Positions 1-8,506 of a DNA stretch of 32,000 nucleotides are shown here, one piece after another (position 1 is the first letter of the stretch; every line of letters begins with the position of its first letter). The notes under the pieces were generated by a model that saw only the letters and a program-made list of their open reading frames with translations, was not told where the DNA came from and made no database searches. Location: NCBI GenBank assembly GCA_026387835.1, contig JAPLKZ010000013.1, positions 30,001-62,000 of the forward strand, in the 5' to 3' direction. Source of the stretch: Candidatus Saganbacteria bacterium. GTDB lineage: Bacteria; Margulisbacteria; WOR-1; JAKLHX01. The translations under genes were made by a program, and so were the position numbers.

Positions 1-509
1 CCGGGGCTGCCGCAGCCTTTACCTGGATGATAATAAGTTGGATACATAAACGTCCAAGTGTTCTTGGAATTTGCACAGGAGCTATAGTAGGGCTGGCTGC
101 AATAACACCGGCAGCGGGATTTGTAAGCCCGCTTTCGGCGATCGCTATAGGCTCGGTGGCAGCGATTATTTCGTATTATGCGATCATCATAAGGATGAAA
201 ACGAATCTGGACGATTCTCTCGATGTCTTTGCCTGCCACGGGATGGGAGGCATAACAGGGATGTTAGCTACAGGACTTTTAGCGGAAAAAGCAATAAACC
301 CTAACGGAGCGAACGGTTTATTTTTCGGGAATCCCGGACAATTCTATATCCAGCTGCTGGCAGTCGCGGTTATCGCAGTATTCTCGTTCACAGTAAGTTT
401 TACGCTCGCAAAGATCGTTGACGCGATGTTCTCCCTCAGGGCCACGGAGGATGAGGAAGAGATCGGCCTCGATCTTAGCCAGCACGGTGAAAGTGCTTAT
501 TCGATCTAA
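1..509 (+). CDS. amt: Ammonium transporter (Amt/MEP family), C-terminal part; 5' end lies outside the window
   Basis: Frame 3 is open from base 3 (GAAAAFTW precedes the first Met in the ORF track). Hydrophobic TM segments and Amt-like stretches GAIVGLAAITPAAGFV and FACHGMGGITGML. Stop TAA 507-509. A PII gene follows 20 nt later, the classic amt-glnK pair. Confidence 0.9.
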   Translation, partial: GAAAAFTWMIISWIHKRPSVLGICTGAIVGLAAITPAAGFVSPLSAIAIGSVAAIISYYAIIIRMKTNLDDSLDVFACHGMGGITGMLATGLLAEKAINPNGANGLFFGNPGQFYIQLLAVAVIAVFSFTVSFTLAKIVDAMFSLRATEDEEEIGLDLSQHGESAYSI

Positions 510-529
510 AAAAATAGGAGGTGTTTAAG

Positions 530-874
530 ATGGGATTTAAAAAAATTGAGGCGATAATAAGGCCTGAAAAACTCGAAGATGTCAGGGTGGCACTTGAGGC
601 TGCGGGGTTCATTGGCATGACAGTTACCGAAGTTAAAGGAAGAGGCAGTCAAAAGGGAGTCGTCCTCGAATGGAGGGCGGGAGAGTACAGGGTCGAGTTC
701 CTCTCAAAATTGAAGATAGAGATCGTAGTGGACGAATTTGACTCGGAAAGGGCGGTAAAAGCGATAGAAGAAGCGGCCAGGACGGGGAAAACAGGGGATG
801 GCAAGATATTTTCATACGCGGTAGATAACATAGTCCGGGTCAGGACCGGGGAAAGGGGGAACAAAGCTCTGTAA
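530..874 (+). CDS. glnK: PII nitrogen regulatory protein (GlnB/GlnK family)
   Basis: MGFKKIEAIIRPEKLEDV...GMTVTEVKGRGSQKG...AGEYRVEF...KIEIVV...TGKTGDGKIF aligns along its length with E. coli GlnB, including the T-loop Tyr in GEY and the GDGKIF B-loop. AGGAGG at 516-521 sits 8 nt before ATG 530, so the GTG at 521 in the ORF track is rejected. Confidence 0.92.
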   Translation: MGFKKIEAIIRPEKLEDVRVALEAAGFIGMTVTEVKGRGSQKGVVLEWRAGEYRVEFLSKLKIEIVVDEFDSERAVKAIEEAARTGKTGDGKIFSYAVDNIVRVRTGERGNKAL

Positions 875-923
875 AGATAAATATCCCGCGCCCTTACAAA
901 TAAATAATAGGAGGAGAATTGAA

Positions 924-2258
924 ATGACGAGCAAAGAAGAGATATTAAAACAGGTTAAAGATAACAATATTGAATTTATTAGATTATGGTTCACTGATAT
1001 CAACGGTATCCTTAAAAGTTTCGCGATCGGACCAGATGAACTCGAGGGTGCGCTGACGCAGGGAATGGGCTTTGATGGATCGTCAATAACAGGGTTCCAG
1101 GACATCGAGGAATCAGACATGATAGCGATGCCGGACACGGAGACATTCGCTATTCTTCCATGGAGACCGCAGGAAACCCCGGTTGCAAGGATGATCTGTG
1201 ATATCTTCCAGCCTGCAGCCGGCAAGCACAAACCTTACGAAGGTGATCCGCGGTTTATTTTAAAAAGGGCATTGGAGAAGATGAATAAAATGGGTTTCGA
1301 TCATTTTTATGTGGGACCCGAGCTCGAATATTTTTATTTCAAAAACTCCGAAGGTACCGAGATCCTGGACCAGGGCGGATATTTTGATCTTACTCCGCTT
1401 GATATGGCATCTGACCTGAGGCGTGATACCATCAAAGCGCTGAGAAGGCTTGGCGTGGTAATAGAATATTCCCACCATGAGGTCGCTCCTTCACAGCATG
1501 AGATAGATATGAGATATGCCGACGCGCTGAAGATGGCGGACAATACGGTCACATACAAGCTGACCGTAAAAGAGATCGCATCAATGCATGGAGTATACGC
1601 TACTTTCATGCCGAAACCGATCTTCGGGCAGAACGGGAGCGGCATGCATGTCCACCAGTCGCTGTTCAAGGGAAAATCAAATGCCTTTTATGATGCAAAT
1701 GACAAGTACAATCTGTCAGATATAGCAAAATCATATATCGCCGGCATCTTGAAACACGCGCCTGAAATGATATCGATACTTGCTCCGGGGGTGAATTCAT
1801 ATAAAAGACTGGTGCCAGGGTTTGAAGCTCCTGTGTATATCGCCTGGTCAAGGCGCAACAGGTCGGCTCTTGTCAGGGTTCCCATGTACCAGCCGGGCAA
1901 AGAAGTGGCGACCAGGATGGAATTGAGATGTCCTGATCCATCGGGAAACCCATACCTTCAATTCGCGGTCATGTTACAGGCCGGCTTAAAAGGGATCCAA
2001 GAAGGTTATAAACTTCCTGAGCCGATGGAACTTAACCTGTATCATCTGAGCGATGAAGAAAGGGCGGAGCGCGGAATAAAATCTCTTCCTGCAAGCCTCG
2101 GCGAAGCCATCGCAATAACGGAAAAGAGCGAGCTTGTCAAAGAAGCTCTTGGCAAACACACATTTGAAAGATTCATAACTGTAAAAAAACAGGAATGGGA
2201 TGATTTCAGGATCCAGGTCACGGAGTATGAAATAAAGAGGTATTTGCCGATATTATAA
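924..2258 (+). CDS. glnA: Glutamine synthetase, type I (444 aa, GSI-alpha-like length)
   Basis: GS motifs FTDINGILKSF, GPELEYF, HHEVAPSQHEIDMRY, NGSGMHVHQSLF, SYKRLVPGFEAP, SRRNRSALVRVP. AGGAGG Shine-Dalgarno site upstream of ATG 924. Confidence 0.95.
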   Translation: MTSKEEILKQVKDNNIEFIRLWFTDINGILKSFAIGPDELEGALTQGMGFDGSSITGFQDIEESDMIAMPDTETFAILPWRPQETPVARMICDIFQPAAGKHKPYEGDPRFILKRALEKMNKMGFDHFYVGPELEYFYFKNSEGTEILDQGGYFDLTPLDMASDLRRDTIKALRRLGVVIEYSHHEVAPSQHEIDMRYADALKMADNTVTYKLTVKEIASMHGVYATFMPKPIFGQNGSGMHVHQSLFKGKSNAFYDANDKYNLSDIAKSYIAGILKHAPEMISILAPGVNSYKRLVPGFEAPVYIAWSRRNRSALVRVPMYQPGKEVATRMELRCPDPSGNPYLQFAVMLQAGLKGIQEGYKLPEPMELNLYHLSDEERAERGIKSLPASLGEAIAITEKSELVKEALGKHTFERFITVKKQEWDDFRIQVTEYEIKRYLPIL

Positions 2259-2267
2259 GTTAAAATA

Positions 2268-2300
2268 AGGCGGGGCGGCTGTCGTCCCGCCTATTTATTC
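2268..2300 (+). terminator. Rho-independent terminator after glnA
   Basis: AGGCGGG (2268-2274) pairs with CCCGCCT (2286-2292), with further pairing possible in the loop. Followed by the T-rich ATTTATTC. Lies 10 nt after the glnA stop. Confidence 0.6.
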
Positions 2301-2332
2301 AGTATCGATGCGTGAAAAATAGGCAAAAGAAC

Positions 2333-2551
2333 ATGAAAATCGACGAAATAAAAAAAGACCTTAATGAGATGTTCTTTATCGAATACAGGGGAAAAATATA
2401 CAAAACTCTTGTGGAAGCGCTGGAAAAACAGATGTTTGAAGCGACGCTCGATTATACGAACGGGAACAAGCTCAAATCCGCGAGAGTTTTAGGGATAAAC
2501 AGAAATACGCTTTCTGCAAAGCTGAAAAAGTTAGGGCTGTGGAGGATTTGA
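2333..2551 (+). CDS. Small stand-alone Fis-type (HTH_8) DNA-binding protein
   Basis: The C-terminal MFEATLDYTNGNKLKSARVLGINRNTLSAKLKKLGL matches the Fis / NtrC C-terminal helix-turn-helix pattern (GN...AA..LGI.R.TL..KLKK.G). Start is ambiguous: ATG 2333 or GTG 2312, neither with a clear SD. Stop TGA 2549-2551 abuts the gltB ATG 2552, and the gltB SD GGAGGA (2541-2546) lies inside this gene. Confidence 0.65.
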   Translation: MKIDEIKKDLNEMFFIEYRGKIYKTLVEALEKQMFEATLDYTNGNKLKSARVLGINRNTLSAKLKKLGLWRI

Positions 2552-5500
2552 ATGCCATACCCCATTAAACAAGCGGGACTTTATGACAGCTCTTTTGAGC
2601 ATGACAGCTGCGGTGTCGGGTTTGTCTGCAATATCAAAGGGATAAAATCACACGAGATGATCGAAAAGGGCATCGAAGTCCTTGAAAGATTGAGCCACAG
2701 GGGCGCGGTAGGCGCGGACCCAAAGACAGGGGACGGTGCCGGCATACTGATCCAGCTGCCTTACGAATATTTCAAGGATGAGTTTGAAAAAGAGGGCAAA
2801 AAGATCCCGTCACACGAGAAGTTCGCTGCCGGGATAATATTTTTACCGGCCGGCAGTAACGACAGGTTATTCTGCGAAGAAAATATCGAGAGGCTTCTAA
2901 AAGAACAATCTCTGGATTTTTTGGGTTTTAAAGAAGTTCCTGTTGATGATTCAGCAATAGGCCGTACCGCAAAAAAAACACAACCGGTCATAAAATATCT
3001 GTTTACCGGTGCCGGAAGGGGCACTGCAAGCAGGCAGCATTTCGAGGTAAAACTCTATATTGCAAGAAAAAAGATAGAGAATTTCATAAGGAACAGCGGG
3101 ATCACACAAAAAGATTCTTTCTACATAGTCAGCCTTTCCTCGAAGACCATCTGCTACAAAGGACTCCTGATGCCTAAGCAGATAAAGGATTTCTTTCCGG
3201 AATTAAAAGACAAGAGGATAAAATCCTGCCTGGCGCTGGTCCATTCAAGATACAGCACAAATACGTTCCCGACCTGGGACCTTGCGCAGCCGTTCAGGTT
3301 CCTTGCTCATAACGGCGAGATAAATACTCTGCGCGGGAATATAAACTGGATGAACACCAGGGAAAAGTTGTTCGAAAGCAGGGTATTCGGAGATGATATT
3401 AAAGAAATACTGCCGGCGGTCGTCCCTGGCGGCAGCGATTCGGCGTCTTTTGACAATGTGTTTGAGCTTTTGGTCGTTGCGGGGAGGTCTCTTCCTCACG
3501 TGATGATGATGCTAATCCCGGCGGTCTGGCAAAAGAACGAACTTATAAAAAAAGAACACAGGGACTTTTATAAATACCATTCCTGCATGATGGAGCCGTG
3601 GGACGGGCCGGCCGCGATCTGTTTTACGGACGGGGAAATAATCGGAGGAATACTGGACCGTAACGGTCTCAGGCCCTGCAGGTATGTGATAACAAAAGAT
3701 GACTTTGTTGTGATGGCTTCGGAAGTCGGAGTGCTTGATATTCCGGCTGATAGAGTTGTGGAAAAAGGAAAGCTTTCTCCCGGGAAAATGTTCCTTGTGG
3801 ACACGGTCGCGGGAAAGATAATCGATGACAAAAAAATAAAGGATGAAATATCGTCAAGAAAGCCTTACGGTAAATGGCTTGAAGAAAACCTGGTGCATTT
3901 GGATCAAATAAAAACTCCTTCAGATAACGGCAAAGAAAAAGCAACCGACCTGTTTAAACTCCAAAAAGCGGCAGGCTATACAAGGGAAGATCTTAAGTTC
4001 ATTCTTAAGCCGATGATAGAAAAAGGTCAGGAGCCCATCGGCTCCATGGGGAATGACATCCCGTATGCGGTGCTTTCGGAAAGACCGCAGATGCTGTTCT
4101 CTTATTTCAAGCAGTTGTTCGCCCAGGTGACGAACCCCGCGATAGATCCGATCCGGGAAGAACTGGTCATGTCCCTTGAAAGTGCAATCGGACCGCAGCA
4201 GAACCTCCTTTCAGAGGGGCATCTTCATTGCAGAAAGTTGAACGTGATAAACCCGATCCTGACCGATGAAGAGCTTAGAAAGATAAAAAGTATCGATGTG
4301 AACGGCCTGAAGTCAAAGACAATATCTTTGCTCTTTGATCCGGAAATAGCCGGCTCGTTCAAATCGGCGATAGACCGCGTCTGCAACGAAGCGTTGCAGG
4401 TAATAGACGAAGGCTATTCTTTGCTGATATTGAGCGATAAAGGGGTCAATAAAAAGAAAGCGGCAATACCTTCTCTTCTTGCGATGGGTGCGGTGCAACA
4501 CCATCTTATAAGGCAGGGAGCAAGATCAAAAGCTGCCATCATTATCGAAAGCATGGAGCCGAGGGAAGTGATGCATTTTGCTCTTCTGTTCGGCTTTGGC
4601 GCTGACTGTGTTAACCCATATCTGGCGTATGAGGTCGTCGATCAGATCGTAAACGAGGAAAAACTCGATGTCACGCTTGAGAACGCAAAAAAGAACTTCA
4701 TAAAAGCGATCGAAAAAGGAATATTGAAAGTCCTTTCAAAGATGGGGATATCTTTGCTTGACAGTTACCGCGGGGCCCAGATATTTGAAGCGGTCGGTCT
4801 GGGCAGCGAGGTGATCTACAGATATTTTTTCGGTACCGTATCAAGGATAGGCGGCATAAACACGGATATTATCGAAAAAGAAACAGTCATGCGGCACAAT
4901 TCTGCTTTTGGACAGGAAACGGAGATGCAGATCCTTCCCTCGGGCGGCATCTACCAGTGGCGGCAGGACGGGGAATTCCATTTGTTGAGTCCCGCGGCAA
5001 TATGCAGCTTCCAGCAGGCTGTAAGGAATAATGATCCTGTAAAATACCGGGAGTTTGCCGATCTGGTAAACGACCAGAAAGGTCATCTTTGCACTTTAAG
5101 AAGCGCCCTGAAATTCAAAGAACAGGCTGCTGTAGCGATCAACGAAGTAGAGAGTGCGAGCGAGATCGTAAAAAGGTTTGTGACAGGCGCGATGAGCTAT
5201 GGTTCCGTCAGCAAGGAAGTTCACGAAACGATAGCCATCGTGATGAACCGTCTCGGAGCAAGATCCAACAGCGGTGAGGGTGGAGAGGACCCCGCAAGAT
5301 TCAAACCGCTTGCCAACGGTGACAGCAAAAGGAGCGCGATAAAACAGGTCGCTTCGGGCAGGTTCGGGGTTACGAGCAATTATCTTGTGAACGCGGATGA
5401 ACTTCAGATCAAAATAGCACAGGGAGCAAAACCCGGGGAGGGAGGCCAGCTTCCCGGACATAAAGTCAATGCCGTTATCGCCAGGATACGGTATTCGGTC

Positions 5501-7063
5501 CCGGGGGTCACACTGATATCACCGCCTCCGCACCACGACATCTATTCAATAGAAGATCTGGCGCAGTTGATATTTGATCTTAAGAACGCAAATCCGGAGG
5601 CGAGGGTGAGCGTAAAACTTGTTTCAGAGACAGGAGTAGGGACGATCGCTGCCGGTGTCGCAAAAGGACATGCCGATATGATACTCATCTCCGGCGGTGA
5701 CGGCGGCACGGGTGCGTCACCTCTAAGTTCCATAAAGCATGCCGGGCTGCCGTGGGAACTCGGGCTGGCAGAAACGCATCAGACGCTGGTGCTTAACAAT
5801 CTCAGGAGCAGAGTAAAGCTGCAGACTGACGGCCAACTGCGCACGGGGCGCGATATTGTAATGGCTGCGATACTCGGAGCTGACGAGTTTGGTTTTGCTA
5901 CACCTGCCCTTATGACGATGGGATGCGTGATGCTTAGGCATTGTCATCTTAACAATTGTTCGGTAGGTATAGCGACCCAGGATGAGGCCCTCAGAAAAAG
6001 GTTTGCGGGCAAACCGGAATATCTGGAGAACTATCTTAAGTTCGTTGCGGAAGAAGCAAGGGCGATAATGGCGCAGCTTGGGGTCAGAAAGATCGACGAG
6101 CTTGTCGGAAGGACGGACCTCCTGGAGATCGACGAAAATCTGCTTAACTGGAAAAGCAAAAATATCGACTATTCAAAGATCCTGTTCAAGCCGGACATGC
6201 AGATAAACGGGCCAAGGTTGCAGGACCACGGACTAAAAAATGTCATTGATAAAATACTCATAGAAAAATGCGATACGGCGATAGAAAAAAGGCAAAATAT
6301 TACTTTAGAAATGACGCTAAAAAATCACAACAGGACGGTGGGTACGATGCTCAGCTCCAGGATCTCAAAAAAATGGGGGGAAGAAGGTCTCCCCGATGAC
6401 ACTATAAGACTTAAATTCAAGGGGAGTTCAGGACAGAGCTTTGGGGCTTTTCTCGCAAAGGGGGTCACGTTGGAGCTTGAGGGTGAATGCAATGATTATG
6501 TCGGCAAAGGACTTTCGGGCGGGAAGATCATCGTTTATCCTGACAGATCATCCAGGTTCGATGCCAAAGAAAATATCGTGATCGGCAACACGGCTTTTTA
6601 CGGAGCCACGGGAGGAGATGCTTACATAAGAGGCATTGCTGGAGAAAGATTCTGTGTAAGGAATTCCGGTATTTATGCGGTAGTCGAAGGGATCGGGGAC
6701 CACGGCTGTGAGTACATGACGGGCGGCCGCGTGGCGATACTCGGAAAGACGGGAAGGAATTTTGCCGCCGGGATGTCCGGCGGAATAGCTTATGTATATG
6801 ATATCGACGGAAAATTCGCTCAAAGGTGCAATACAGCGATGGTAGAGCTCAGTATGCCGTCCGTCAGAGATGAATCGATCTTAATGTATCTTCTGGAAAA
6901 CCATTACAAATATACCAGAAGTGATGTCGCGAAAAAGATCCTCGATAATTTTTCCGAGGAAATAAAAAGGATCATACGCGTCATACCGAAAGAATACAAA
7001 TCCATACTTATAGCTGACGGCACTTATAAATATGAAGAAACACCGCCGGATCCGGAAGGGTAG
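2552..7063 (+). CDS. gltB: Glutamate synthase large subunit
   Basis: 1503 aa. N-terminal class II amidotransferase with the catalytic Cys in FEHDSCGVGFV. Central and FMN-binding domains (ISGGDGGTGASP, GLPWELGL). C-terminal GXGXG beta-helix domain (GDHGCEYMTGG, GRNFAAGMSGG). Confidence 0.96.
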   Translation: MPYPIKQAGLYDSSFEHDSCGVGFVCNIKGIKSHEMIEKGIEVLERLSHRGAVGADPKTGDGAGILIQLPYEYFKDEFEKEGKKIPSHEKFAAGIIFLPAGSNDRLFCEENIERLLKEQSLDFLGFKEVPVDDSAIGRTAKKTQPVIKYLFTGAGRGTASRQHFEVKLYIARKKIENFIRNSGITQKDSFYIVSLSSKTICYKGLLMPKQIKDFFPELKDKRIKSCLALVHSRYSTNTFPTWDLAQPFRFLAHNGEINTLRGNINWMNTREKLFESRVFGDDIKEILPAVVPGGSDSASFDNVFELLVVAGRSLPHVMMMLIPAVWQKNELIKKEHRDFYKYHSCMMEPWDGPAAICFTDGEIIGGILDRNGLRPCRYVITKDDFVVMASEVGVLDIPADRVVEKGKLSPGKMFLVDTVAGKIIDDKKIKDEISSRKPYGKWLEENLVHLDQIKTPSDNGKEKATDLFKLQKAAGYTREDLKFILKPMIEKGQEPIGSMGNDIPYAVLSERPQMLFSYFKQLFAQVTNPAIDPIREELVMSLESAIGPQQNLLSEGHLHCRKLNVINPILTDEELRKIKSIDVNGLKSKTISLLFDPEIAGSFKSAIDRVCNEALQVIDEGYSLLILSDKGVNKKKAAIPSLLAMGAVQHHLIRQGARSKAAIIIESMEPREVMHFALLFGFGADCVNPYLAYEVVDQIVNEEKLDVTLENAKKNFIKAIEKGILKVLSKMGISLLDSYRGAQIFEAVGLGSEVIYRYFFGTVSRIGGINTDIIEKETVMRHNSAFGQETEMQILPSGGIYQWRQDGEFHLLSPAAICSFQQAVRNNDPVKYREFADLVNDQKGHLCTLRSALKFKEQAAVAINEVESASEIVKRFVTGAMSYGSVSKEVHETIAIVMNRLGARSNSGEGGEDPARFKPLANGDSKRSAIKQVASGRFGVTSNYLVNADELQIKIAQGAKPGEGGQLPGHKVNAVIARIRYSVPGVTLISPPPHHDIYSIEDLAQLIFDLKNANPEARVSVKLVSETGVGTIAAGVAKGHADMILISGGDGGTGASPLSSIKHAGLPWELGLAETHQTLVLNNLRSRVKLQTDGQLRTGRDIVMAAILGADEFGFATPALMTMGCVMLRHCHLNNCSVGIATQDEALRKRFAGKPEYLENYLKFVAEEARAIMAQLGVRKIDELVGRTDLLEIDENLLNWKSKNIDYSKILFKPDMQINGPRLQDHGLKNVIDKILIEKCDTAIEKRQNITLEMTLKNHNRTVGTMLSSRISKKWGEEGLPDDTIRLKFKGSSGQSFGAFLAKGVTLELEGECNDYVGKGLSGGKIIVYPDRSSRFDAKENIVIGNTAFYGATGGDAYIRGIAGERFCVRNSGIYAVVEGIGDHGCEYMTGGRVAILGKTGRNFAAGMSGGIAYVYDIDGKFAQRCNTAMVELSMPSVRDESILMYLLENHYKYTRSDVAKKILDNFSEEIKRIIRVIPKEYKSILIADGTYKYEETPPDPEG

Positions 7064-7075
7064 GAGAAGATAAAA

Positions 7076-8506
7076 ATGGGAGACCCCAAAGGTTTTTTAA
7101 CGACAAAAAGGGAGAGCTGTTCTTTGCGGAGCGTGAAAGAGCGGGTTTCCGACTATAAAGAGGTCTTTCAGATGCGTGAAAGCGATTGCTCAAGATCTCA
7201 GGCTTCACGCTGCATGGACTGCGGGACGCCTTTTTGCCACGTATCCTGCCCGATATCAAACATAATTCCCGAGTGGAACGATCTTTTGTTCCGCGGGATG
7301 TCGGAAGAAGCATTCAAAATGCTTTCGGCTACTAACTGTCTGCCGGAAGTCACGGGCAGGGTATGCCCTGCGCCTTGTGAATACGGATGCGTACTCGGGA
7401 TAAACGACGACCCCGTCACTATACGCGAGAACGAGCTGGCGATAATAGAAGAAGCTTTTTCAAACGGGATAATAAAGGCAGATCCTCCAAAGAAAAGAAC
7501 AGGGAAGAAAGTTGCTGTCATAGGTTCCGGCCCGTCCGGACTTTCAGCCGCTTATCATCTGAACAAGTCCGGCCACACAGTTGTCGTCTTTGAGAGAGAT
7601 GATAAGGCCGGAGGTATCATGAGATACGGAATTCCCGACTTCAAGCTATCAAAAGATATCCTGGACAGGAGGATCGGACTTTTTAAACAGGAAGGCATAG
7701 AGTTCAGGACAAATATAAATATAGGCGAGGACATCCCGGCGGCAAAACTGCTGAAAGAGTTTGATGCGGTATGCCTTGCCTGCGGGTCAAGGACTCCGCG
7801 GGACCTTAATGTCGAAGGAAGAGACCTCAAAAGCATATGTTTTGCGATGGATTATCTTATACAATCCAATAAAAAAGTCGAAGGTCATAGTATCGATGAA
7901 AAAGGAATTATCGATGCAAAAGGTAAGAATGTTATCGTTATCGGCGGCGGAGATACCGGTTCAGACTGTGTGGGAACAGCCAACAGGCAGGGCGCAAAAA
8001 GCGTGGTACAGATAGAACTTCTCCAAAAGCCGCTTCAGTGCAGGCTTGACAGCCAGCCGTGGCCGCAGTACCCGACATTATTAAAAACCACCTCGAGCCA
8101 TGAAGAGGGATGCGAAAGGCAGTGGAGCGTCATGACAAAAAAATTATCAGGCAGCAACGGCATTGTCAAAAAGCTCCATGCCATGCTTGTTGATTTTTCG
8201 AATACCGATCAAAAGGGATGCAGAATAATGCAGGAAGTCCCAGGTTCGGATTTTGAAATAGATGCGGATATGGTCATTTTGGCCCTCGGGTTTCTCCATA
8301 CTGAAAAGGGGAAACTGCTGGACGAGCTCGGTATCGAATTTGATCCTAGAGGTAACGTGAAGACAGACGCGGATAATATGACCTCCGTTAAAGGAATCTT
8401 TTCTGCGGGAGATATGAGGAGGGGGCAGTCGCTCGTTGTCTGGGCGATCGATGAAGGGAGAAGGGCCGCTGAAAGCATCAATTCTTTTCTAAAGGATAGA
8501 AAATGA
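7076..8506 (+). CDS. gltD: Glutamate synthase small subunit (NAD(P)H-dependent)
   Basis: N-terminal GFL..KRE pattern. Two Cys clusters (CMDCGTPFCH; CPAPCEYGC). Dinucleotide folds VAVIGSGPSGLSAAYHL and VIVIGGGDTGSDCVGTA. SD AGGAG overlaps the gltB stop. Confidence 0.94.
   Translation: MGDPKGFLTTKRESCSLRSVKERVSDYKEVFQMRESDCSRSQASRCMDCGTPFCHVSCPISNIIPEWNDLLFRGMSEEAFKMLSATNCLPEVTGRVCPAPCEYGCVLGINDDPVTIRENELAIIEEAFSNGIIKADPPKKRTGKKVAVIGSGPSGLSAAYHLNKSGHTVVVFERDDKAGGIMRYGIPDFKLSKDILDRRIGLFKQEGIEFRTNINIGEDIPAAKLLKEFDAVCLACGSRTPRDLNVEGRDLKSICFAMDYLIQSNKKVEGHSIDEKGIIDAKGKNVIVIGGGDTGSDCVGTANRQGAKSVVQIELLQKPLQCRLDSQPWPQYPTLLKTTSSHEEGCERQWSVMTKKLSGSNGIVKKLHAMLVDFSNTDQKGCRIMQEVPGSDFEIDADMVILALGFLHTEKGKLLDELGIEFDPRGNVKTDADNMTSVKGIFSAGDMRRGQSLVVWAIDEGRRAAESINSFLKDRK

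Noticed and set aside
632-680. A suspected loss of the PII T-loop uridylylation/adenylylation Tyr, prompted by the Trp seen in LEWRAGEY.
   Set aside because: On alignment with E. coli GlnB the Trp corresponds to Tyr46. The modified Tyr51 equivalent (GEY) is retained.
868-900. TGTAA...TTACA inverted half-sites and GTA-N8-TAT upstream of glnA, considered as a TnrA/GlnR (TGTNA-N7-TNACA) or NtcA (GTA-N8-TAC) site.
   Set aside because: The half-site spacing is 20 nt rather than 7. The NtcA-like match has the wrong last base, and its implied -10 and transcription start would remove the glnA SD. A 5-bp repeat is easily due to chance.
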